NCBI GenBank assembly: GCA_965140705.1
Contig: OZ223300.1
Span: 416,001 to 480,000 of the forward strand
Direction of reading: 5' to 3'
Length of the DNA: 64,000 nt
Source of the DNA: an uncultured Arcobacter sp.
GTDB taxonomy: Bacteria > Campylobacterota > Campylobacteria > Campylobacterales > Arcobacteraceae
The notes below the pieces were generated by a model. It was not told where the DNA came from, did no database searches, and was given only the letters and a program-made list of their open reading frames with translations. Shown here one piece after another: positions 21,058 through 30,964 of the stretch (positions are counted from its first letter, which is position 1; every line of letters starts with the position of its first letter). The position numbers and the translations under genes were made by a program.

Positions 21058-23829
21058 GTGAACTTTCTTATTACAAATGGGTCTAATAGTAATTTTTATA
21101 CCCATTTAACAAAACTTTTAAGAACATGTAAAAGTTACTATTTCTCTGTAGCTTTTATAAACTTCTCAGGGGTGCAACTTTTACTTGATAGTTTGGAGTT
21201 TTGCCAAAAAAACGGAATAAAGGGTAAAATTCTAACTTCCACATATTTAAACTTCACCCAACCAAAAGCTTTAAAAAAACTACTTGAATATGAAAATATT
21301 GAGCTTAAAATATATGATACAAATCATTTCCAAAAAGGTTTTCACACTAAAGCATATATCTTTGAGTTTGAAGATGATTATAAAATACTTCTTGGCTCTT
21401 CAAATATAACAGCAAGTGCTTTTAAAAGCAGTGTGGAATGGAATATAAAAACTATCTCAAAAAAAGATGATATTTTTACAAATGAGATAGTAAGTGAGTT
21501 TGATACTCTATTTAGACAAAGTTTTGAAGTGGATGATTCATTTATAAGTGAGTATGAAACTTTTTATTTTAAAAACCAAATAGAAGAGTTCACATATAAA
21601 AGTAGTTTTACACTAAATAGCATGCAAGAAGAAGCTTTATATAATTTACAACACCTAAGAGATAAGAGACAAACAAAAGCTTTAGTGCTTGCAGCAACTG
21701 GTACAGGGAAAACTTATCTCGCAGCTTTTGATGTAAGAGTATATGAGCCTAAAAGAGTTTTATTTATAGTTCATCGGGAAAATATTTTAATAAAAGCAAA
21801 AAATAGTTTTGAGAAGATTATTCCAAATAAAACTATGGGCTTATATACAGGAAATAAAAAAGAGATTGATAAAGAGTATCTTTTTACTACTATTCAAACG
21901 CTCAGTTCAAATTATGACAACTTTTTAAAAGAGGAGTTTGATTATATAATTATTGATGAAGCTCATCATATCACAAGTCCTAGTTATAAAAAAGTTTGTG
22001 ATTATTTTGAACCTAAGTTTTTATTAGGTCTTACAGCTACTCCAAATAGAAGTGATGAGGGAAATATTTATGAAGTCTTTGATGAAAATATTGCTTGTGA
22101 TATAAGGCTTAATGATGCTTTGGAGCATAATTTAATCTCATCTTTTCACTATTATGGAATATCTGATATTGAGTCAATTGATTATGAAAATATTGATATT
22201 TTAAATATATCTCAATTATCTAAAGCTTTGATGGTAAATAAAAGGGTTGATTATATTATTGAAAAGATGGACTTTTATTCTTTTGATGGTAAAAAGAGAA
22301 AAGCTTTAGCTTTTTGTGCTTCAAAAGAGCATGCAAACTTTATGGCTTTTGAGTTTAGCAAAAAAGGAATAAAATCTGTTGCTTTAACAAGTGGTGACTC
22401 CATAGAAAAAAGAGAAGAGTATATAAAAAACTTAGAAGATGATAATCATGACTTAAAAGTGATTTGTAGTGTGGATATTTTTAATGAAGGTATTGATATT
22501 CCTTCAATCAATAGTGTACTTTTTTTACGACCAACAAACTCTTCAATAGTCTTTGTGCAACAACTTGGTCGAGGTTTACGAAAGTATAAAAACAAAGAGT
22601 TTGTGACTATTTTAGACTTTATTGGTAATCACAATAGAGCTTATATGGTAGCCTTTGGATTATTAGGTGATAAGATTATCGATAAAGAGAGTTTGAAAAT
22701 TGCACTTTCAAATGATTTCGCAAATATTGCTCATGCTTTTATTAGCATGGATGAGATATCTAAAAAAAGAGTATTGGAACAAATAGAAAAAGAGAATTTC
22801 TATTCGATGAGGTATTTAAAACAAAAATATTATGAATTCAAATCTTTACTTTTAAATAAAATTCCTATGCTAGAAGATTATATTGCTTTTAGTGACCACA
22901 TTACTCCACTTGATTTTATCTCCGAATCAAAATCATATATTGAATTTTTACAAAAAGTTGAAGATAAAGATGAATTTAAAACTTTATGCCAAGATGAAAA
23001 CTTTCTAAAAGCTATAAGATTTTGTGAGTTTTTATTACCCATAAAAAGAGTTTATGAGTTTGTTATCTTAAAGTATTTATTGACTCATAAATCTTGCGAT
23101 GAAAAACAGATTTTTGATTTACTAAATAAAGAGTTAGATTTTGTTTGTAAAGATACAATAAAACACTCTTTTAGATACCTAAATCAAGAATTCTTTGATA
23201 AGTTACAAGTGCAAAGATATCTAAAACTTGTAGATTTAAAAGAGAATAAATTATTTATTACAAAAGAGTTTGAAAAAATATTAGAAAAAAATGAAGCAAA
23301 AACTTTTATAGAGCATAGTTTAAATTATGGAATCATAACTTATAAACAAATTTTCAAAGAAAAGAATTATGGTTTACCATTTTTAAAACTTTATGAAAAG
23401 TATAATATGCTAAATATCGCTTTAGTGTGTAATCTTGATAAAATACATACTTCCTTTAGGGGAAGTGGTTTTTTAAAGCATAAGGATGATTTCTTTTTAT
23501 TTATAACCCTACAAAAAGATAAGATGTCAAAGTCATCAAAATATAAAAACAATTTCTTAAGCAAAACCCTAATTACTTATGTTAGTAAACCAAATATGAG
23601 TAGTGATAAAAGTGATGGATTAAAACTTGCTCAAAATATCAAATATAAAACAAGATTGCATCTGTTTGTAAGAAAGATTTCCCATGAAGATAAAAAGGTC
23701 CAACCTTTTATTTATCTAGGACTTTGTAATAGTAAATCTTATGAGGGGAATAAACCTATAAATTTAACTTTAGAGATTGAAAGAGAAGTAGAGGATGAGC
23801 TTTATGAAGAGTTCACAAAGCTTCCCTAA
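21058..23829 (+). CDS. PLD nuclease + SF2 helicase + DUF3427-like C-terminus (SauUSI-like type IV restriction candidate)
   Basis: FSVAFINFSG, FHTKAY, GSSNIT; ATGTGKT, DEAHH, GLTATP, QQLGRGLR; C-terminal LHLFVRK...FIYLG. Confidence 0.82.
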   Translation: MNFLITNGSNSNFYTHLTKLLRTCKSYYFSVAFINFSGVQLLLDSLEFCQKNGIKGKILTSTYLNFTQPKALKKLLEYENIELKIYDTNHFQKGFHTKAYIFEFEDDYKILLGSSNITASAFKSSVEWNIKTISKKDDIFTNEIVSEFDTLFRQSFEVDDSFISEYETFYFKNQIEEFTYKSSFTLNSMQEEALYNLQHLRDKRQTKALVLAATGTGKTYLAAFDVRVYEPKRVLFIVHRENILIKAKNSFEKIIPNKTMGLYTGNKKEIDKEYLFTTIQTLSSNYDNFLKEEFDYIIIDEAHHITSPSYKKVCDYFEPKFLLGLTATPNRSDEGNIYEVFDENIACDIRLNDALEHNLISSFHYYGISDIESIDYENIDILNISQLSKALMVNKRVDYIIEKMDFYSFDGKKRKALAFCASKEHANFMAFEFSKKGIKSVALTSGDSIEKREEYIKNLEDDNHDLKVICSVDIFNEGIDIPSINSVLFLRPTNSSIVFVQQLGRGLRKYKNKEFVTILDFIGNHNRAYMVAFGLLGDKIIDKESLKIALSNDFANIAHAFISMDEISKKRVLEQIEKENFYSMRYLKQKYYEFKSLLLNKIPMLEDYIAFSDHITPLDFISESKSYIEFLQKVEDKDEFKTLCQDENFLKAIRFCEFLLPIKRVYEFVILKYLLTHKSCDEKQIFDLLNKELDFVCKDTIKHSFRYLNQEFFDKLQVQRYLKLVDLKENKLFITKEFEKILEKNEAKTFIEHSLNYGIITYKQIFKEKNYGLPFLKLYEKYNMLNIALVCNLDKIHTSFRGSGFLKHKDDFFLFITLQKDKMSKSSKYKNNFLSKTLITYVSKPNMSSDKSDGLKLAQNIKYKTRLHLFVRKISHEDKKVQPFIYLGLCNSKSYEGNKPINLTLEIEREVEDELYEEFTKLP

Positions 23830-23834
23830 AAAGA

Positions 23835-24950
23835 TTATTCTTTAATTAAATGTTCATACTTTTTATCAGTAAGAAGTTTCAAAAATGCCACAAGTGCATC
23901 AACTTTTCTATCAGTTAATTTTTGTGCTTTTAACTCTTCTTTTGCAATAGTTTCTTCAACTTCTGGATCAGCCCATTTTTTTCCAGTTTCTGGATTTATT
24001 GTTCTATTTGGGTTATTGTATTTATCATAAAATTCAATAACAGTTCTTAAATCTTTAAATACACCATTATGCATATATGGACCTGTAACTGCAACATTTC
24101 TTAGTGTTGGAACTTTAAATTTCCCTTTTTGATTTACATCTGTAACTGCTGGATTTGCAAATAATCCTTCATCAGGGCCTTTCATTCCACTTCTTTTATT
24201 TAAAGCAGGATTTGCAGGGACTCCGATATTAAAGTATTGGTGATTTGTAAATGTTTCACCTATTTTATCTTCACCTTTTAAAACATGACAAGTTGAACAA
24301 GAGTTGTTGTTATTTGAGAAAAATAAAGCTTTTCCTAAATCTTCAAGTGGAGTTAAATCATATTCACCTTTTAAGTATCTATCATATTTTGAATCAAAGG
24401 GTGAAAATTCACTTGTTCTTTCAAAACTTGCGATACTTTTAGTCAAAGCAGCAAAGGCTTTTTTAGGATCTTTAAATATATCTTTTCCATAAATATCTTT
24501 GAAAGCACTCACATAATATGGGTTTTCTAACACTCTATTCATCACTGCTTTTTCATTTGGCATTTCCATTTCAACTGGATTTAATGGTGGTCCTCCTGCT
24601 TGATCTTCTAAAGTACTAGCTCTTCCATCCAAAAATTGTCCACCTACATAAGCTTTTTCTTTTTTGTCGTAATGGAAGCTTGGTGTTTGATTTGCATATG
24701 ATGCTGTTGGGGCATTTCTTCCCCCAACTGATTTACCATTATCTCCCAATGATGCCATATTTGAAACACCATTTCCTCTATGGTCTGTAAATCCCATATC
24801 TGGATTGTGGCAAGTTGCACAGGCCATAGTTTTATTTTTCGATAGGTTTTTATCGAAAAATAAGCTTTTCCCTAAAGTTTCTTGGGGTGTTAAGGTACTA
24901 CCATACATACTTACAAAAAGTAAACTTGTAAGTAAAATCGATTTTGTCAT
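23835..24950 (-). CDS. Di-heme cytochrome c peroxidase family, MauG-like
   Basis: Signal peptide; CATCH and CSTCH; RNAPT; FKVPTLRNVAVTGPYMHNG; FYDKY...INPETG. Confidence 0.88.
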   Translation of the reverse strand: MTKSILLTSLLFVSMYGSTLTPQETLGKSLFFDKNLSKNKTMACATCHNPDMGFTDHRGNGVSNMASLGDNGKSVGGRNAPTASYANQTPSFHYDKKEKAYVGGQFLDGRASTLEDQAGGPPLNPVEMEMPNEKAVMNRVLENPYYVSAFKDIYGKDIFKDPKKAFAALTKSIASFERTSEFSPFDSKYDRYLKGEYDLTPLEDLGKALFFSNNNNSCSTCHVLKGEDKIGETFTNHQYFNIGVPANPALNKRSGMKGPDEGLFANPAVTDVNQKGKFKVPTLRNVAVTGPYMHNGVFKDLRTVIEFYDKYNNPNRTINPETGKKWADPEVEETIAKEELKAQKLTDRKVDALVAFLKLLTDKKYEHLIKE

Positions 24951-25864
24951 AATTGTCTCCTGTTTAATAAGTTTTTGAAAGGGAAAAATAAAATACCCCT
25001 AATAGTTGAGTAATCTTTCATTTGTTCTTTTCTAAGTCCGAATTTTAAAACTTTTACATCTTTTGATAGTTTTAAACTTCCGAACATATAATCCCAAATA
25101 GCTAAATAGCCCCCATAGTTTTTATCAAAGTGTTTATTACTATGGTGTATTTGGTGCTGTTTTGGGGAAATAAATATTTTTTCTAAATATTTACCATATG
25201 ATATTGGTACATGAGTGTGTCTTAAGTTTGATCCTAAAAGGGAAAAAACAACAATAAATACGTTTGCACCAAATATCATATAAATATCAATCATAGCTCC
25301 AAAAAAATATACAAATATACCAGTTACAAAACCAACACTTAAACTATATCTTAGTCCAAAAAGTATATTTTCAACTGGATGAACTCTATAAAAAGTAAGT
25401 GGGTTTAGAACTTTTGCACTATGATGAACTTTGTGAAATTCCCATAAGAATTTTACTTCATGTAAAAGTCTATGTAATACATACCTTGTAAAGTCACTAC
25501 AAACAAAAAGGGCTAAAGTATATAAAAGTAGGGTTTCTTTATATGAAAAAAAAGTGTTTTGCACCATTCCAAAATTTAAATATAAAAATCTTGAAACAGC
25601 AAAAGCTACTGATTTTGCACTTAAAATAAAGGGTATTAATAAAAATACATTTATAAAATATCCCAAAAAAAAGTAAGAGTAATCAAGTTTCGCACTAGGG
25701 TGTAACCATAATTTTGATGATAAGATAAGTTTATTACTTTTTTTTGTATAGATAAAATATACAAATGTTATTAAAATCGATGAAATAATATAAACCCAAA
25801 ATATTCTTTTATTTGGGTTTATAAGATATTCAAATACCATGAAGTCGTTCAAATCAATCTCCAT
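24947..25864 (-). CDS. Sterol desaturase / fatty acid hydroxylase family membrane protein
   Basis: His boxes HRLLH, HKVHH, HQIHH; NYGGYLAIWDYMFGS; TM helices. Confidence 0.9.
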   Translation of the reverse strand: MEIDLNDFMVFEYLINPNKRIFWVYIISSILITFVYFIYTKKSNKLILSSKLWLHPSAKLDYSYFFLGYFINVFLLIPFILSAKSVAFAVSRFLYLNFGMVQNTFFSYKETLLLYTLALFVCSDFTRYVLHRLLHEVKFLWEFHKVHHSAKVLNPLTFYRVHPVENILFGLRYSLSVGFVTGIFVYFFGAMIDIYMIFGANVFIVVFSLLGSNLRHTHVPISYGKYLEKIFISPKQHQIHHSNKHFDKNYGGYLAIWDYMFGSLKLSKDVKVLKFGLRKEQMKDYSTIRGILFFPFKNLLNRRQL

Positions 25865-26741
25865 CAGCCTCTAAAATTTTAGCTGTGATACTAAGTTGTT
25901 CTATTAAAGATAAGAAGTAAGAGATGTGAAGTTCATTTACTGCATTATATAAATCTTTTGAATTTTCTTTTGCAAGTTTAAGAGCTTTGTTTAATAAAGC
26001 TTGTGCTTCTATCGTCTCTTTTTTTGCTCCATTTTCTTTTGCCATATTTGCAAAATTGTAATATTTTTGTTCACCTATAATCTCTTCATTTGCTTCTAAT
26101 ATAGCTACGATTGCTGCATTTGTGTTATTACTTAAAATATACTCTTGCTCTTTGTGTGGAACTTTTATTCTCCACTCTTTTAATTTATAAGTACTAGCAA
26201 TTAATGTATTCATTACTAAACTATTTTCCCATAAATCATCTTTTTTAGTTCTAGTTAAATAGCCTTCATAAACTTCTTTTATATCTTTTAAATTAGAAAT
26301 AATAGAATCAACAATAACATCAGCAATTGCTTTTTCTCTTTTAGTAATAGTTTTATCATTAAATAAAACATATTCTAATGCATTTACAGTTTTAAATGAG
26401 TTTTTGAAAAGTGCAATTTGGGGTTCATCGTTAGAATCAATTACCCTTTGCATTTGAACATCAAGATTCTCTTTTAGATTGTGAAATACATCAATATATC
26501 TTGGAGTATCAATATAATTATCATCAATATCTCCAGCAAAATAAAATGCTTCAACTTTTTTCCATGATTTTATAAAGTTAGTGAAATTTTGTGCAGAATA
26601 ATCTTTTTTTAGAATTTGTGCATCTTTTATAGTATTGTCAACATTTACTATTGAAACATTTTTTAAAATAGAATCAAGCATAGTATCTTTTGCAAATAAT
26701 GACATGAAACTTATAATAAGTATCAAAAATATTTTTTTCAT
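25854..26741 (-). CDS. Imelysin-family periplasmic protein (divergent)
   Basis: Signal peptide; WKKVE, KTVNALEYVLF, C-terminal ADGD; position after DHOR gene. Confidence 0.75.
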   Translation of the reverse strand: MKKIFLILIISFMSLFAKDTMLDSILKNVSIVNVDNTIKDAQILKKDYSAQNFTNFIKSWKKVEAFYFAGDIDDNYIDTPRYIDVFHNLKENLDVQMQRVIDSNDEPQIALFKNSFKTVNALEYVLFNDKTITKREKAIADVIVDSIISNLKDIKEVYEGYLTRTKKDDLWENSLVMNTLIASTYKLKEWRIKVPHKEQEYILSNNTNAAIVAILEANEEIIGEQKYYNFANMAKENGAKKETIEAQALLNKALKLAKENSKDLYNAVNELHISYFLSLIEQLSITAKILEADGD

Positions 26742-28027
26742 TATAATCCTTTTAGAAACTCAATTAAAAGTTTCTTCTCTTTTTTATCTAAAGCAACATA
26801 ATTTTCTTTTGCTTTTGTTGCTTCACCACCATGCCATAAAATAGCCTCTTGAAATGTTTTAGCTCTTCCATCATGTAATAATCTATAAGCTTTTTTCTCA
26901 ACAGCATATCCCCACAAAGGAGTTGTTCTAAACTCATTTTTTGAAGCTTCAAATTCACTTCTTCCATCACTTAGTCCATCACCCATATCATGTAATAAAA
27001 GATCTGAAAAAGTATAAACACTCGTACCATCTTTTGTTTTTAGTGATGGTATATGGCAAGATGTACATCCTATTTTTGAGAATATTTCTATACCTTTTTC
27101 AAAGTTTTTACCCTTTATTGGATTATAAGTTGGAAGGTTCTCTAAATAATATGTAATGGCATCTAATCTTTTATCTGTAATATCTATTTCATCTCTAGCT
27201 TTTGGAGAGTTTAAACAAGCAGTTTGTGACTTGGTACAATTTTCACCTTTTAGAAAACTAGTTGTTAATCCCATATCATTAAACGCTGCATTTGCTACTT
27301 GTTCTTTTACAAAAGCAACACTTGCTTTATATGTAAATCTTCCTAATTCTTCTTTTTTTGTGATTTTTGAATATACAAAATTTGCTCTTCCACTTATTCC
27401 ATCATGATTTGAATCATTTTCATCTACATTTGCAAGAATTGATTTTTCATCTATTTTTGAAAGTAAACCCATTCCATAAAGTGTTGGAGCAATTCTATAT
27501 GAAATATTTGTTGATTTTTGAAGTTTTCCATAATGTAAATCTATAAGAGTATATTTTGGTTTATAAATATAGTGCTCTTCCCCATCAAAAAAAAGTTTTA
27601 TTTTTTCAAAATCAAGATTAACTCTTGCTTCATATGGAACATCATGTACACTACTAATTGATATTTGAGCACCATAAATTGGATCAGGAAGAGAACCATC
27701 TCTTTTTAAAATATCTTTATGTAATTTTGAATTATTTGAGTCAATTGAAAGTTTTGGAATTAAAGATTTTGAAGCTACATTTTTTTTACTATATAAAACA
27801 CCTCTTGCAGTGTTTGGATGACATGCTACACAAGAATTTGCATTAAATAATGGTCCAAGTCCATCCCTTGCAGTTGTGGCACTTGGTGCCTCAACCCAAG
27901 GAATAGTAAAAAAACTTCTTCCTAATATATATTTATCATAATCTTCATTATTCATCTCTTGTTGAGATGAATATAGAGTTGTTGTAAATAATAGTAAAAA
28001 TGATAATAAATTAAAGCTTAGTTTCAT
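26741..28027 (-). CDS. Di-heme oxidoreductase (DHOR/DUF1111) family
   Basis: RDGLGPLFNANSCVACH, DGISGR, GCTSCH, DLLLHDMG, RTTPLWG, LLHDGRA, AILWHGGE. Confidence 0.9.
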   Translation of the reverse strand: MKLSFNLLSFLLLFTTTLYSSQQEMNNEDYDKYILGRSFFTIPWVEAPSATTARDGLGPLFNANSCVACHPNTARGVLYSKKNVASKSLIPKLSIDSNNSKLHKDILKRDGSLPDPIYGAQISISSVHDVPYEARVNLDFEKIKLFFDGEEHYIYKPKYTLIDLHYGKLQKSTNISYRIAPTLYGMGLLSKIDEKSILANVDENDSNHDGISGRANFVYSKITKKEELGRFTYKASVAFVKEQVANAAFNDMGLTTSFLKGENCTKSQTACLNSPKARDEIDITDKRLDAITYYLENLPTYNPIKGKNFEKGIEIFSKIGCTSCHIPSLKTKDGTSVYTFSDLLLHDMGDGLSDGRSEFEASKNEFRTTPLWGYAVEKKAYRLLHDGRAKTFQEAILWHGGEATKAKENYVALDKKEKKLLIEFLKGL

Positions 28028-29366
28028 CTGCGTCTGTTACATCATCTTTTGTTAAGCTTATTCCATTTGCACTAGCAACATCAACCATAGTATCACCAAG
28101 TTTTCTCATCTCATTTTTAAGTTTTACAATAACTTTTGACATAGGGCTTGTTGGTCTAATTTGATAATCGAAATGCTCTTTTGTTTTTGCAGTTTTATCT
28201 ATTAAAGCAATTTTTTCTTCAATTGAGCTCATAAGTTTTTCAATTTTTGCTTTAGCGCTTCCATCAACTTTATCTAATAAAGAAGGTCCATATTTTTTTC
28301 CATTATATGTTGAAGTTAAAATATTTTTAAAACTTTGGTAATTCATAGCGATATCTCTATGCGTATTATCTGAGAAGCAAGAGTGCTCATCTTCTTCAGA
28401 TGGTGTAAGCACAGCAACTGCAATTCTTTCATTTGCTAATTCTGATTTCATAAATACACCCATACCAGCAATGATTTGTTTTAAAGCATCATTTCTAGAG
28501 ATGTTTTTTGAAGCATTATCACCTTTTAATTGGTCTAAAATAGCAGCTCTATATAAACCTTTAGTTCCATCAACATTTTTTGCCCAAGCAGAAGTTACTA
28601 CTTCTAAATCACTTACTATTTTTTGTGAAGCTGCTTTTAAATACTCTAATCTTCTTGGAGCATCTACACTACTTGTAAAGTCACTTAATGGTCTTTGACC
28701 TGCAGTTAATGGACCATGAGTAATTGAATCTTTTAAGAAGTTAGAATAATCTTGGTCTTGTCCCCATAATAAGAATTCTACCGCATGGTATCCACTAGCT
28801 ACATTTGCTTCTCCACCATCTTCATTTAATTCAGAAATTGCTTCAGGAGTGATTTTTGTTACATCAACAGCTTTTGCATCTTCTCCACCTGGATTAAATT
28901 TTCCAACTGTATCAATGATATTTCCAGATGTTTTTTTACCATTTGCATCAATTGTATAATCAATCATATTCTCATCCAATGGCCAAGCATTGATTTGTCC
29001 CTCTAAAGAACCATAATCTTTTGCAACCCAACCTTCTTCTGCATCAATAGGTCCATTTGATAATCTAAATGATTCTGTTTGACCATAAGTTTCTCTTGAA
29101 GCCAACCAAGCATCTTTTGCTTCTTGCAAAGTTTTTTCAGTAGGGTTTGCAGCAAATTTATTAATTGCTTTTTCTAAAGCTTTTGCATCATTTAATGCAT
29201 TTGTATAACTATCAAGTGCGATATTAGCATATGCTTCTAATATTGTGTTTGATTTAACAACTTCTTTGTTTGGTGTACTTGCTGTATTTGTACCTGTAGC
29301 GCATCCTGTTAATGCAATTGCTGTTACAACTGAAAGCGAGACTAATAGTTTCTTTGTGTGATTCAT
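28011..29366 (-). CDS. Imelysin-family iron-regulated lipoprotein (IcmP/IrpA-like)
   Basis: Lipobox LTGC; INAWPLDE, GYHAVEFLLWGQD, ELANER, EDEHSCFSDNT. ATG 29366 follows AAGGA (ORF track start 29435). Confidence 0.9.
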   Translation of the reverse strand: MNHTKKLLVSLSVVTAIALTGCATGTNTASTPNKEVVKSNTILEAYANIALDSYTNALNDAKALEKAINKFAANPTEKTLQEAKDAWLASRETYGQTESFRLSNGPIDAEEGWVAKDYGSLEGQINAWPLDENMIDYTIDANGKKTSGNIIDTVGKFNPGGEDAKAVDVTKITPEAISELNEDGGEANVASGYHAVEFLLWGQDQDYSNFLKDSITHGPLTAGQRPLSDFTSSVDAPRRLEYLKAASQKIVSDLEVVTSAWAKNVDGTKGLYRAAILDQLKGDNASKNISRNDALKQIIAGMGVFMKSELANERIAVAVLTPSEEDEHSCFSDNTHRDIAMNYQSFKNILTSTYNGKKYGPSLLDKVDGSAKAKIEKLMSSIEEKIALIDKTAKTKEHFDYQIRPTSPMSKVIVKLKNEMRKLGDTMVDVASANGISLTKDDVTDADETKL

Positions 29367-29388
29367 ATTTAATTTTCCTTTTTTTAGT

Positions 29389-29553
29389 TTAAGCAAGTAA
29401 TTGCTTTGCAAATAGATGTGCCTTACTTGAATCAATGTTTTTATGTTTCATATTTAAAACTTTAACTATTGAACAAGCCATTTTTGAACTTTTTTCAAAA
29501 CCAGATTCTCTAACTACTTTTCTAATTTCTCTTTTTAAAAGTAAATCAGACAT
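29389..29553 (-). CDS. Small protein (54 aa) missed by the ORF track
   Basis: AAAGGATAGATT-ATG; MSDLLLKREIRKVVRESGFEKSSKMACSIVKVLNMKHKNIDSSKAHLFAKQLLA; ends 22 nt before the imelysin start. Confidence 0.7.
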   Translation of the reverse strand: MSDLLLKREIRKVVRESGFEKSSKMACSIVKVLNMKHKNIDSSKAHLFAKQLLA

Positions 29554-29566
29554 AATCTATCCTTTA

Positions 29567-29581
29567 TGATAATAATTCTCA
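29567..29581. promoter_or_regulatory. Fur box (7-1-7)
   Basis: TGATAAT-A-ATTCTCA directly upstream of the small-ORF RBS. Confidence 0.7.
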
Positions 29582-29615
29582 GAATCTTACATGAATGTAA
29601 CTTAAATAAAGATAA

Positions 29616-29634
29616 AATGATAATTATTATCATT
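29616..29634. promoter_or_regulatory. Fur box, perfect palindrome
   Basis: AATGATAAT-T-ATTATCATT. Confidence 0.85.
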
Positions 29635-29688
29635 AATATTTATAGATATTTATGTTAGTTTTGCTATATAATTTAGTCCATATAATAT

Positions 29689-29703
29689 TGATAATAATTA
29701 TCT
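29689..29703. promoter_or_regulatory. Fur box (7-1-7)
   Basis: TGATAAT-A-ATTATCT on the tolC side of the divergent region. Confidence 0.65.
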
Positions 29704-29771
29704 AAATTAATTTTGTTAATAATCTATTAAATATCTTTAAATATAATTTAAACAAAAAAAGGGGGAGTTCT

Positions 29772-30959
29772 TTGTATAAACTAATTATTATGCTAATTTT
29801 TTGTTCACTACTTAGTGCTAATGAGTTAAGTATTTTAAAAGATAGTAAAAAACAATTAAGAGAGACAGAAAAACAAAGAATAGAAGAAAAATATAATTCA
29901 GCAAATAAAGATTGGATAGCACCTATTACTATTAGTTCTGGGATAAAAAGGGGACACTCTTTTTCATCTCAAAGTGATAACTTGACAAAGAGTGTTTCAA
30001 TAGGCTTTACTCAATCAATATACAAATCAGGCGGAATAGAATTTACAATAAAAAATGCAAAAGATGTTTTAAATTCTGATTTGATTAATTGGGAGATGGA
30101 AAATAATGCAATATTAGAAACTATTTATGAAACATTATTACAAATAAAGCAATTAAAAATTCAAATAGAACAAAATAAATACTCTTTGAAAAATAAAGAA
30201 ATTCAATTGGAATTAAAAAAGATACAATATGAAGCAGGAAATGCAGATATTACCGAATTAAATAATGCAATTATTGAAAAAAATAGTCAATTTAAACAAA
30301 ATATAGCAACAGAAAATGCATTAAAAGATAAAGAGTATGAACTTTCAAAATATACAAATTTGAAATATGACCAAATAGAGTTACTTGATTTTAAAGGTAT
30401 AAATAAAAAAGACTTTATAAACAATAATTTAAATATAAAATATGAAAAGGCACAAGTTGAATCATTGGATAGTTCTTATAAGAAATTGAAAAGTACTTAT
30501 CTTCCTCAAGTTACTTTAGGAACAAGTTATGCTTATTCTAAAAATAATGATATGGTAAATGATTATGAAACAAGTTCAAAAGATGGTTCTATTTCTCTAA
30601 ATGTTTCCATGCCAATATATGATATAAACAAATCTTCAACACTTGAAGAATCAAGATTAAGCCTTCTTAAACAAAAACTAAATTTAAATGATATAAAAGA
30701 GAAAACAAAATATGAATATGATCAAATTCTAAATCAAATTGATACCTATGAAAAACAAGCTAAAGTTATAAAAGATAATTTAAACTTGTATACTGAACTT
30801 ATTAATGCAAATAAAAGTTCAAATGATGCAGGTATGAGTGCAGATTATGATTTAGAAATATTACAAAATACAAAAAAAATAAATGAGTATGATTTAGCAA
30901 TTAATCAAATTAATATAAAACTTCAATATTCAAAACTATATTTTAAAACGAGGGTATAA
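29772..30959 (+). CDS. TolC-family outer membrane efflux protein
   Basis: Signal peptide, twofold internal pattern (FTQSIY / VSMPIY), YLPQVTL; leads an MFP + ABC operon. Confidence 0.85.
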   Translation: MYKLIIMLIFCSLLSANELSILKDSKKQLRETEKQRIEEKYNSANKDWIAPITISSGIKRGHSFSSQSDNLTKSVSIGFTQSIYKSGGIEFTIKNAKDVLNSDLINWEMENNAILETIYETLLQIKQLKIQIEQNKYSLKNKEIQLELKKIQYEAGNADITELNNAIIEKNSQFKQNIATENALKDKEYELSKYTNLKYDQIELLDFKGINKKDFINNNLNIKYEKAQVESLDSSYKKLKSTYLPQVTLGTSYAYSKNNDMVNDYETSSKDGSISLNVSMPIYDINKSSTLEESRLSLLKQKLNLNDIKEKTKYEYDQILNQIDTYEKQAKVIKDNLNLYTELINANKSSNDAGMSADYDLEILQNTKKINEYDLAINQINIKLQYSKLYFKTRV

Positions 30960-30964
30960 AAATA

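Noticed and set aside
29367..29435. N-terminal extension of imelysin given by the ORF track
   Set aside because: RBS and lipoprotein signal fit ATG 29366; the extension overlaps the 54-aa ORF.
29716..29747. 11-bp-period repeat TTAATAATCT/TTAAATATCT before the tolC -10
   Set aside because: Same layout as the cah promoter but almost all A/T, so not distinguishable from chance.
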